Below are positions 8,395 through 20,666 of a DNA stretch of 64,000 nucleotides, one piece after another. Source of the stretch: Leptogorgia sarmentosa (Eukaryota); the NCBI GenBank assembly GCA_964658305.1, contig OZ210885.1:14694001-14758000 (forward strand), written 5' to 3'. Numbering within the stretch: the stretch's first letter is position 1; each line of letters begins with the position of its first letter. Below the pieces are notes generated by a model. The model had not been told where the DNA came from. It saw only the letters and a list, made by a program, of their open reading frames with translations, and ran no database searches. The position numbers were made by a program, and so were the translations under genes.

Positions 8395-11300
8395 AAGTCT
8401 ACAACACAAAGTATTCCCAGGTAGTCACCCATCCAAGTACTAACTTTGCCCACCTAGGCTTAACTTCGGTGATCAGACGAGAACCGGTATTTTCCTACTG
8501 GTATGGTCGTAGACATTTGTTGATGGAAGTTACACTTTTTAAACGTGTAACAATAACAAAACCCTGAAGTTGAAATTGAAAGCAAACCTATTTACAAACA
8601 CACATACAATAAAATGAAGCAAGTCAACAACACAAAGTATTCCCAGGTGGTCACCCATCCAAGTACTAACTTTTCCCACCTAGGCCTAACTTCGGTGATC
8701 AGACGAGAACCGGTATTTTCCTACTGGTATGGTCGTAGACATTTGTTGATGGAAGTTACACTTTTTAAACGTGTAACAATAACAAAACCCTGAAGTTGAA
8801 ATTGACAGCAAACCTATTTACAAACACACATACAATAAAATGAAGCAAGTTTACAACACAAAGTATTCCCAGGTAGTCACCCATCCAAGTACTAACTTTG
8901 CCCACCTAGGCGTAACTTTGGTGATCAGACGAGAACCGGTATTTTCCTACTGGTATGGTCATAGACATTTGTTGATGGAAGTTACACTTTTTAAACGTGT
9001 AACAATAACAAAACCCTGAAGTTGAAATTGAAAGCAAATCTATTTACAAACACACATACAATAAAATGAAGCAAGTCTACAACACAAAGTATTCCCAGGT
9101 GGTCACCCATCCAACTACTAACTTTGCCTACCTAGGCTTAACTTCGGTGATCAGACGAGAACCGGTATTTTCCTACTCGTATGGTCGTAGACATTTGTTG
9201 ATGGAAGTTACACTTTTTAAACGTGTAACAATAACAAAACCCTGAAGTTGAAATTGGAAGGAATTATATTTACAAATAGGCATTAAATAACATTTAGCAA
9301 ATCTACAACACAAAGTATTCCCAGGTGGTCACCCATCCAAGTACTAACTTTTCCCACCTAGGCTTAACTTCGGTGATCAGACGAGAACCGGTATTTTCCT
9401 AGTGGTATGGTCGTAGACATTTGTTGATGGAAGTTACACTTTTTAAACGTGTAACAATAACAAAACCCTAAAGTTGAAATTGAAAGGAATTATATTTACA
9501 AACACACATACAATAAAATGAAGCAAGTCTACAACACAAAGTATTTCCAGGTAGTCACCCATCCAAGTACTAACTTTGCCCACCTAGGCTTAACTTCGGT
9601 GATCAGACGAGAACCGGTATTTTCCTACTGGTATCTTCGTAGACATTTGTTGATGGAAGTAACACTTTTTAAACGTGTAACAATAACAAAACCCTGAAAT
9701 TGAAATTAAAAGCAAACCTATTTACAAACACACATACAATAAAATGAAGCAAGTCTACAACACAAAGTATTCCCAGGTGGTCACCCATCCAACTACTAAC
9801 TTTGCCCACCTAGGCTTAACTTCGGTGATCAGACGAGAACCGGTATTTTCCTACTCGTACGGTCGTAGACATTTGTTGATGCAAGTTACACTTTTTAAAT
9901 GTGTAACAATAACAAAACCCTGAAGTTGAAATTGAAAGGAATTATATTTACAAATAGGCATTAAATAACATTTAGGAAAACAAAAATACAAAGTATTTCC
10001 AGATGTAGCAATAACAAAATCCCTGAAGTTTACATTGAAAGCAAACCTATTTACAAACACACATACAATAAAATGAAGCAAGTCTACAACACAAAGTATT
10101 CCCAGGTGGTCACCCATCCAAGTACTAACTTTTCCCACCTAGGCCTAACTTCGGTGATCAGACGAGAACCGGTATTTTCCCACTGGTATGGTCGTAGACA
10201 TTTGTTGATGGAAGTTACACTTTTTAAACGTGTAACAATAACAAAACCCTGAAGTTGAAATTGAAAGCAAACCTATTTACAAACACACATACAATAAAAT
10301 GAAGCAAGTCTACAACACAAAGTATTCCCAGGTAGTCACCCATCCAAGTACTAACTTTGCCCACCTAGGCCTAACTTCGGTGATCAGACGAGAACCGGTA
10401 TTTTCCTACTGGTATGGTCGTAGACATTTGTTGATGGAAGTTACACTTTTTAAACGTGTAACAATAACAAAACCCTGAAGTTGAAATTGAAAGCAAACCT
10501 ATTTACAAACACACATACAATAAAATCAAGCAAGTCTACAACACAAAGTATTCCCAGGTGGTCACCCATCCAAGTACTAACTTTTCCCACCTAGGCTTAA
10601 CTTCGGTGATCAGACGAGAACCGGTATTTTCCTACTGGTATGGTCGTAGACATTTGTTGATGGAAGTAACACTTTTTAAACGAGTAACAATAACAAAACC
10701 CTGAAGTTGAAATTGAAAGCAAACCTATTTACAAACACACATACAATAAAATGAAGTAAGTCTACAACACAAAGTATTCCCAGGTGGTCACCCATCCAAG
10801 TACTAACTTTTCCCACCTAGGCCTAACCTCGGTGATCAGACGAGAACCGGTATTTTCCCATTGGTATGGTCGTAGACACTTGTTGATGGAAGTTACACTT
10901 TTTAAACGTGTAACAATAACAAAACCCTGAAGTTGAAATTGAAAGCAAACCTATTTACAAACACACATACAATAAAATGAAGCAAGTCTACAACACAAAG
11001 TATTCCCAGGTAGTCACCCATCCAAGTACTAACTTTGCCCACCTAGGCCTAACTTCGGTGATCAGACGAGAACCGGTATTTTCCTACTGGTATGGTCGTA
11101 GACATTTGTTGATGGAAGTTACACTTTTTAAACGTGTAACAATAACAAAACCCTGAAGTTGAAATTGAAAGCAAACCTATTTACAAACACACATACAATA
11201 AAATCAAGCAAGTCTACAACACAAAGTATTCCCAGGTGGTCACCCATCCAAGTACTAACTTTTCCCACCTAGGCTTAACTTCGGTGATCAGACGAGAACC

Positions 11301-14300
11301 GGTATTTTCCTACTGGTATGGTCGTAGACATTTGTTGATGGAAGTAACACTTTTTAAACGAGTAACAATAACAAAACCCTGAAGTTGAAATTGAAAGCAA
11401 ACCTATTTACAAACACACATACAATAAAATGAAGTAAGTCTACAACACAAAGTATTCCCAGGTGGTCACCCATCCAAGTACTAACTTTGCCCACCTAGGC
11501 CTAACTTCGGTGATCAGACGAGAACCGGTATTTTCCTACTGGTATGGTCGTAGACATTTGTTGATGGAAGTTACACTTTTTAAACGTGTAACAATAACAA
11601 AACCCTGAAGTTGAAATTGAAAGCAAACCTATTTACAAACACACATACAATAAAATCAAGCAAGTCTACAACACAAAGTATTCCCAGGTGGTCACCCATC
11701 CAAGTACTAACTTTTCCCACCTAGGCTTAACTTCGGTGATCAGACGAGAACCGGTATTTTCCTACTGGTATGGTTGTAGACATTTGTTGATGGAAGTTAC
11801 ACTTTTTAAACGTGTAACAATAACAAAACACTGAAGTTGAAATTGAAAGGAATTATATTTACAAATAGGCATTAAATAACATTTAGCAAAACAACAATAC
11901 AAAGTATTTCCAGATATAGCAATAACAAAATCCCTGAAGTTTACATTGAAAGCAAACCTATTTACAAACACACATACAATAAAATGAAGCAAGTCTACAA
12001 CACAAAGTATTCCCAGGTAGTCACCCATCCAAGTACTAACTTTGCCCACCTAGGCTTAACTTCGGTGATCAGACGAGAACCGGTATTTTCCTACTCGTAC
12101 GGTCGTAGACATTTGCTGATGGAAGTTACACTTTTTAAACGTGTAACAATAACAAAACCCTGAAGTTGAAATTGAAAGGAATTATATTTACAAATAGGCA
12201 TTAAATAACATTTAGCAAAACAACAATACAAAGTATTTCCAGATGTAGCAATAACAAAATCCCTGAAGTTTACATTGAAAGCAAACCTATTTACAAACAC
12301 ACATACAATAAAATGAAGCAAGTCTACAACACAAAGTATTCCCAGGTGGTCACCCATCCAAGTACTAACTTTGCCCACCTAGGCTTAACTTCGGTGATCA
12401 GACGAGAACCGGTATTTTCCTACTGGTATGGTCGTAGACATTTGTTGATGGAAGTTACACTTTTTAAATGTGTAACAATAACAAAACCCTGAAGTTGAAA
12501 TTGAAAATTACAAACTTAACTTTAAAGTTACACTTTTTAAACGTGTAACAATAACAAAACCCTGAAGTTGAAATTGGAAGGAATTATATTTACAAATAGG
12601 CATTAAATAACATTTAGCAAATCTACAACACAAAGTATTCCCAGGTGGTCACCCATCCAAGTACTAACTTTTCCCACCTAGGCTTAACTTCGGTGATCAG
12701 ACGAGAACCGGTATTTTCCTAGTGGTATGGTCGTAGACATTTGTTGATGGAAGTTACACTTTTTAAACGTGTAACAATAACAAAACCCTAAAGTTGAAAT
12801 TGAAAGGAATTATATTTACAAACACACATACAATAAAATGAAGCAAGTCTACAACACAAAGTATTTCCAGGTAGTCACCCATCCAAGTACTAACTTTGCC
12901 CACCTAGGCTTAACTTCGGTGATCAGACGAGAACCGGTATTTTCCTACTGGTATCTTCGTAGACATTTGTTGATGGAAGTAACACTTTTTAAACTTTTAA
13001 CAATAACAAAACCCTGAAATTGAAATTAAAAGCAAACCTATTTACAAACACACATACAATAAAATGAAGCAAGTCTACAACACAAAGTATTCCCAGGTGG
13101 TCACCCATCCAAGTACAAACTTTGCTCACCTAGGCTTAACTTCGGTGATCAGACGAGAACCGGTATTTTCCTACTCGTACGGTCGTAGACATTTGTTGAT
13201 GCAAGTTACACTTTTTAAATGTGTAACAATAACAAAACCCTGAAGTTGAAATTGAAAGCAAACCTATTTAAAAACACACATACAATAAAATGAAGCAAAT
13301 CTACAACACAAAGTATTCCCAGGTGGTCACCCATCCAAGTACTAACTTTTCCCACCTAGGCTTAACTTCGGTGATCAGACGAGAACCGGTATTTTCCTAG
13401 TGGTATGGTCGTAGACATTTGTTGATGCAAGTTACACTTTTTAAACGTGTAACAATAACAAAACCCTGAAGTTGAAATTGAAAGCAAACCTATTTAAAAA
13501 CACACATACAATAAAATGAAGCAAGTCTACAACACAAAGTATTCCCAGGTGGTCACCCATCCAACTACTAACTTTGCCCACCTAGGCTTAACTTCGGTGA
13601 TCAGACGAGAACCGGTATTTTCCTACTTGTACGGTCGTAGACATTTGTTGATGCAAGTTACACTTTTTAAATGTGTAACAATAACAAAACCCTGAAGTTG
13701 AAATTGAAAGGAATTATATTTACAAATAGGCATTAAATAACATTTAGAAAAACAACAATACAAAGTATTTCCAGATGTAGCAATAACAAAATCCCTGAAG
13801 TTTACATTGAAAGGAAACCTATTTACAAACACACATACAATAAAATGAAGCAAGTCTACAACACAAAGTATTCCCAGGTGGTCACCCATCCAAGTACTAA
13901 CTTTTCCCACCTAGGCCTAACTTCGGTGATCAGACGAGAACCGGCATTTTCCTACTGGTATGGTCGTAGACATTTGTTGATGGAAGTTACACTTTTTAAA
14001 CGTGTAACAATAACAAAACCCTGAAGTTGAAATTGAAAGCAAACCTATTTACAAACACACATACAATAAAATGAAGCAAGTCTACAACACTAAGTATTCC
14101 CAGGTGGTCACCCATCCAAGTACTAACTTTTCCCACCTAGGCTTAACTTCGGTGATCAGACGAGAACCGGTATTTTTCTACTGGTATGGTCGTAGACATT
14201 TGTTGATGGAAGTTACACTTTTTAAACGTGTAACAATAACAAAACCCTGAAGTTGAAATTGAAAGCAAACCTATTTACAAACACACATACAATAAAATGA

Positions 14301-17300
14301 AGCAAGTCTACAACACAAAGTATTCCCAGGTGGTCGTCCATCCAAGTACTAACTTTTCCCACCTAGGCCAAACTTTGGTGATCAGACGAGAACCGGTATT
14401 TTCCTACTGGTATGGTCGTAGACATTTGTTGATGGAAGTTACACTTTTTAGACGTGTAACAATAACAAAACCCTGAAGTTGAAATTGAAAGCAAACCTAT
14501 TTACAAACACACATACAATAAAATGAAGCAAGTCTACAACACAAAGTATTCCCAGGTGGTCACCCATCCAACTACTAACTTTGCCTACCTAGGCTTAACT
14601 TCGGTGATCACACGAGAACCGGTATTTTCCTACTCGTATGGTCGTAGACATTTGTTGATGGAAGTTACACTTTTTAAACGTGTAACAATAACAAAACCCT
14701 GAAGTTGAAATTGAAAGCAAAGCTATTTACAAACACACATACAATAAAATGAAGGAAGTCTACAACACAAAGTATTCCCAGGTGGTCACCCATCCAAGTA
14801 CTAACTTTGCCCACCTAGGCTTAACTTCGGTGATCATACGAGAACCGGTATTTTCCTACTGGTATGGTCGTAAACATTTGTTGATGGAAGTTACACTTTT
14901 TAAACGTGTAACAATAACAAAACCCTGAAGTTGAAATTGAAAGGAATTATATTTACAAACACACATACAATAAAATGAAGCAAGTCTACAACACAAAGTA
15001 TTCCCAGGTAGTCACCCATCCAAGTACTAACTTTGCCCACCTAGGCTTAACTTCGGTGATCAGACGAGAACCGGTATTTTCCTACTGGTATCATCGTAGA
15101 CATTTGTTGATGGAAGTAACACTTTTTAAACGTGTAACAATAACAAAACCCTGAAATTGAAATTGAAAGCAAACCTATTTACAAACACACATACAATAAA
15201 ATGAAGCAAGTCTACAACACAAAGTATTCCTCCGGGTGGTCACCCATCCAACTACTAACTTTGCCCACCTAGGCTTAACTTCGGTGACCAGACGAGAACC
15301 GGTATTTTCCTACTCGTACGATCGTAGACATTTGTTGATGCAAGTTACACTTTTTAAATGTGTAACAATAACAAAACCCTGAAGTTGAAATTGAAAGGAA
15401 TTATATTTACAAATAGGCATTAAATAACATTTAGGAAAACAACAATACAAAGTATTTCCAGATGTAGCAATAACAAAATCCCTGAAGTTTACATTGAAAG
15501 CAAACCTATTTACAAACACACATACAATAAAATGAAGCAAGTCTACAACACAAAGTATTCCCAGGTGGTCACCCATCCAAGTACTAACTTTTCCCACCTA
15601 GGCCTAACTTCGGTGATCAGACGAGAACCGGTATTTTCCCACTGGTATGGTCGTAGACATTTGTTGATGGAAGTTACACTTTTTAAACGTGTAACAATAA
15701 CAAAACCCTGAAGTTGAAATTGAAAGCAAACCTATTTACAAACACACATACAATAAAATCAAGCAAGTCTACAACACAAATTATTCCCAGGTAGTCACCC
15801 ATCCAAGTACTAACTTTGCCCACCTAGGCTTAACTTCGGTGATCAGACGAGAACCGGTATTTTCCTACTGGTATGGTCGTAGACATTTGGTGATGGAAGT
15901 TACACTTTTTAAACGTGTAACAATAACAAAACCCTGAAGTTGAAATTGAAAGCAAACCTATTTACAAACACACATACAATAAAATCAAGCAAGTCTACAA
16001 CACAAAGTATTCCCAGGTGGTCACCCATCCAAGTACTAACTTTTCCCACCTAGGCTTAACTTCGGTGATCAGACGAGAACCGGTATTTTCCTACTGGTAT
16101 GGTCGTAGACATTTGTTGATGGAAGTTACACTTTTTAAACGTGTAACAATAACAAAACACTGAAGTTGAAATTGAAAGGAATTATATTTACAAATAGGCA
16201 TTAAATAACATTTAGCAAAACAACAATACAAAGTATTTCCAGATATAGCAATAACAAAATCCCTGAAGTTTACATTGAAAGCAAACCTATTTACAAACAC
16301 ACATACAATAAAATGAAGGAAGTCTACAACACAAAGTATTCCCAGGTGGTCACCCATCCAAGTACTAACTCTGCCCACCTAGGCTTAACTTCGGTGATCA
16401 GACGAGAACCGGTATTTTCCTACTGGTATGGTCGTAGACATTTGTTGATGGAAGTTACACTTTTTCAACGTGTAACAATAACAAAACCCTGAAGTTGAAA
16501 TTGAAAGCAAACCTATTTACAAACACACATACAATGAAATGAAGCAAGTCTACAACACAAAGTATTCCCAGGTAGTCACCCATCCAAGTACTAACTTTGC
16601 CCACCTAGGCTTAACTTCGGTGATCAGACGAGAACCGGTATTTTCCTACTGGTATGGTCGTAGACATTTGTTGATGGAAGTAACACTTTTTAAACGAGTA
16701 ACAATAACAAAACCCTGAAGTTGAAATTGAAAGCAAACCTATTTACAAATACACATACAATAAAATGAAGTAAGTCTACAACACAAAGTATTCCCAGGTG
16801 GTCACCCATCCAAGTACTAACTTTTCCCACCTAGGCCTAACTTCGGTGATCAGACGAGAACCGGTATTTTCCCACTGGTATGGTCGTAGACACTTGTTGA
16901 TGGAAGTTACACTTTTTAAACGTGTAACAATAACAAAACCCTGAAGTTGAAATTGAAAGCAAACCTATTTACAAACACACATACAATAAAATGAAGCAAG
17001 TCTACAACACAAAGTATTCCCAGGTAGTCACCCATCCAAGTACTAACTTTGCCCACCTAGGCCTAACTTCGGTGATCAGACGAGAACCGGTATTTTCCTA
17101 CTGGTATGGTCGTAGACATTTGTTGATGGAAGTTACACTTTTTAAACGTGTAACAATAACAAAACCCTGAAGTTGAAATTGAAAGCAAACCTATTTACAA
17201 ACACACATACAATAAAATCAAGCAAGTCTACAACACAAAGTATTCCCAGGTGGTCACCCATCCAAGTACTAACTTTTCCCACCTAGGCTTAACTTCGGTG

Positions 17301-19809
17301 ATCAGACGAGAACCGGTATTTTCCTACTGGTATGGTCGTAGACATTTGTTGATGGAAGTAACACTTTTTAAACGAGTAACAATAACAAAACCCTGAAGTT
17401 GAAATTGAAAGCAAACCTATTTACAAACACACATACAATAAAATGAAGTAAGTCTACAACACAAAGTATTCCCAGGTGGTCACCCATCCAAGTACTAACT
17501 TTTCCCACCTAGGCCTAACCTCGGTGATCAGACGAGAACCGGTATTTTCCCATTGGTATGGTCGTAGACACTTGTTGATGGAAGTTACACTTTTTAAACG
17601 TGTAACAATAACAAAACCCTGAAGTTGAAATTGAAAGCAAACCTATTTACAAACACACATACAATAAAATGAAGCAAGTCTACAACACAAAGTATTCCCA
17701 GGTAGTCACCCATCCAAGTACTAACTTTGCCCACCTAGGCCTAACTTCGGTGATCAGACGAGAACCGGTATTTTCCTACTGGTATGGTCGTAGACATTTG
17801 TTGATGGAAGTTACACTTTTTAAACGTGTAACAATAACAAAACCCTGAAGTTGAAATTGAAAGCAAACCTATTTACAAACACACATACAATAAAATCAAG
17901 CAAGTCTACAACACAAAGTATTCCCAGGTGGTCACCCATCCAAGTACTAACTTTTCCCACCTAGGCTTAACTTCGGTGATCAGACGAGAACCGGTATTTT
18001 CCTACTGGTATGGTCGTAGACATTTGTTGATGGAAGTAACACTTTTTAAACGAGTAACAATAACAAAACCCTGAAGTTGAAATTGAAAGCAAACCTATTT
18101 ACAAACACACATACAATAAAATGAAGTAAGTCTACAACACAAAGTATTCCCAGGTGGTCACCCATCCAAGTACTAACTTTGCCCACCTAGGCCTAACTTC
18201 GGTGATCAGACGAGAACCGGTATTTTCCTACTGGTATGGTCGTAGACATTTGTTGATGGAAGTTACACTTTTTAAACGTGTAACAATAACAAAACCCTGA
18301 AGTTGAAATTGAAAGCAAACCTATTTACAAACACACATACAATAAAATCAAGCAAGTCTACAACACAAAGTATTCCCAGGTGGTCACCCATCCAAGTACT
18401 AACTTTTCCCACCTAGGCTTAACTTCGGTGATCAGACGAGAACCGGTATTTTCCTACTGGTATGGTTGTAGACATTTGTTGATGGAAGTTACACTTTTTA
18501 AACGTGTAACAATAACAAAACACTGAAGTTGAAATTGAAAGGAATTATATTTACAAATAGGCATTAAATAACATTTAGCAAAACAACAATACAAAGTATT
18601 TCCAGATATAGCAATAACAAAATCCCTGAAGTTTACATTGAAAGCAAACCTATTTACAAACACACATACAATAAAATGAAGCAAGTCTACAACACAAAGT
18701 ATTCCCAGGTAGTCACCCATCCAAGTACTAACTTTGCCCACCTAGGCTTAACTTCGGTGATCAGACGAGAACCGGTATTTTCCTACTGGTATCATCGTAG
18801 ACATTTGTTGATGGAAGTAACACTTTTTAAACGTGTAACAATAACAAAACCCTGAAATTGAAATTGAAAGCAAACCTATTTACAAACACACATACAATAA
18901 AATGAAGCAAGTCTACAACACAAAGTATTCCTCCGGGTGGTCACCCATCCAACTACTAACTTGCCCACCTAGGCTTAACTTCGGTGACCAGACGAGAACC
19001 GGTATTTTCCTACTGGTATGGTCGTAGACATTTGTTGATGGAAGTTACACTTTTTAAACGTGTAACAATAACAAAACCCTGAATTTAAATTGAAAGCAAA
19101 CCTATTTACAAACACACATACAATAAAATGAAGCAAGTCTACAACACAAAGTATTCCCAGGTAGTCACCCATCCAAGTACTAACTTTGCCCACCTAGGCT
19201 TAACTTCGGTGATCAGACGAGAACCGGTATTTTCCTACTGGTATGGTCGTAGACATTTGTTGATGGAAGTTACACTTTTTAAACGTGTAACAATAACAAA
19301 ACCCTGAAGTTGAAATTGAAAGCAAACCTATTTACAAACACACATACAATAAAATGAAGCAAGTCTACAACACAAAGTATTCCCAGGTGGTCACCCATCC
19401 AAGTACTAACTTTTCCCACCTAGGCCTAACTTCGGTGATCAGACGAGAACCGGTATTTTCCTACTCGTACGGTCGTAGACATTTGTTGATGCAAGTTACA
19501 CTTTTTAAATGTGTAACAATAACAAAACCCTGAAGTTGAAATTGAAAGGAATTATATTTACAAATAGGCATTAAATAACATTTAGGAAAACAACAATAGA
19601 AAGTATTTCCAGATGTAGCAATAACAAAATCCCTGAAGTTTACATTGAAAGCAAACCTATTTACAAACACACATACAATAAAATGAAGCAAGTCTACAAC
19701 ACAAAGTATTCCCAGGTGGTCACCCATCCAAGTACTAACTTTGCCCACCAAGGCTTAACTTCGGTGATCAGACGAGAACCGGTATTTTCCTACTGGTATG
19801 GTCGTAGAC
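8395..19809 (-). rRNA. 5S rRNA: 5S rRNA gene cluster, segment 2
   Basis: 5S units between insert copies 1 and 2. Confidence 0.95.
12320..12439 (-). rRNA. 5S rRNA: 5S rRNA gene, representative consensus copy
   Basis: Minus strand reads GTCTACGACCATACCAGTAGGAAAATACCGGTTCTCGTCTGATCACCGAAGTTAAGCCTAGGTGGGCAAAGTTAGTACTTGGATGGGTGACCACCTGGGAATACTTTGTGTTGTAGACTT. A-box (+50..64) and C-box (+80..97) are recognisable and helices I, III, IV and V pair. Confidence 0.96.
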
Positions 19810-19884
19810 ATTTGTTGATGGAAGTTACACTTTTTAAACGTGTAACAATAACAAAACCCTGAATTTGAAATTGAAAGCAAACCT

Positions 19885-20632
19885 TAATAAAACACGCAAT
19901 TCGTTTTTGGCGATTTGTGGGTGACGGAAAGTGCGGTTTCTGGGAGTAAGGGCCCCCGGAGAAGCTGGAGAAAACAACATCAGGGTGAGGGTAAGGGCCC
20001 TCACCGTTGTGGACGTTGAATCTCATGTCCAAGCCGGGCTTCCCCCTGGTGAAGTGACCGGGAGATGCAAAGATCAGAGCGAGGGTAAGGGCCCCCACTG
20101 TTATGGACCTTCCTCTCCTTTGCCGGTGTGAGCTTCACCGTGGGTGAAGTGTGGCCGTGTGGACACCACTTTCCGCCCCGATGTTCTTTTATTTCCTTTC
20201 AAATAGCTAGACTACATATGTACAAGTGTAGTAAAGTTAAATATGGGTGTCACTGCGTCTTCATGGGAGATAAAGTTAGACATGGTGGAACAAGCTATGC
20301 TGGTTGGTTGTCTCTGTCTTCTTTCTTGTTGTGTGTTTCTTCTGGGTGGGTGGGTGGGTTTTTCAATTTTCCAATGTGTCTACCGAATGGCAGTTAAGAC
20401 CAGTATGGACTACGGAGGCTTTGATAGCTATTTATATCCGTTGAACAAACTCAGGAATGACGGCTTAACCGAAACCCAATCAGTGACAAAATTAGTTGCC
20501 ACGAAGGCTTAGAGATTAACAACTTCCTAAGATACTTATTTCTTTTAAGCTGTCTATACTTTATGTCTTTTACGTATGTGAAAGAATTTGCTTCTTATTA
20601 ATCCCAATTTATTACTATGATAATAAATTGGC
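19885..20632. mobile_element. 748-bp unclassified insert, copy 2
   Basis: Appears identical to copy 1 with the same junctions; offset 12272. Confidence 0.7.
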
Positions 20633-20666
20633 CCTATTTACAAACACACATACAATAAAATGAAGC

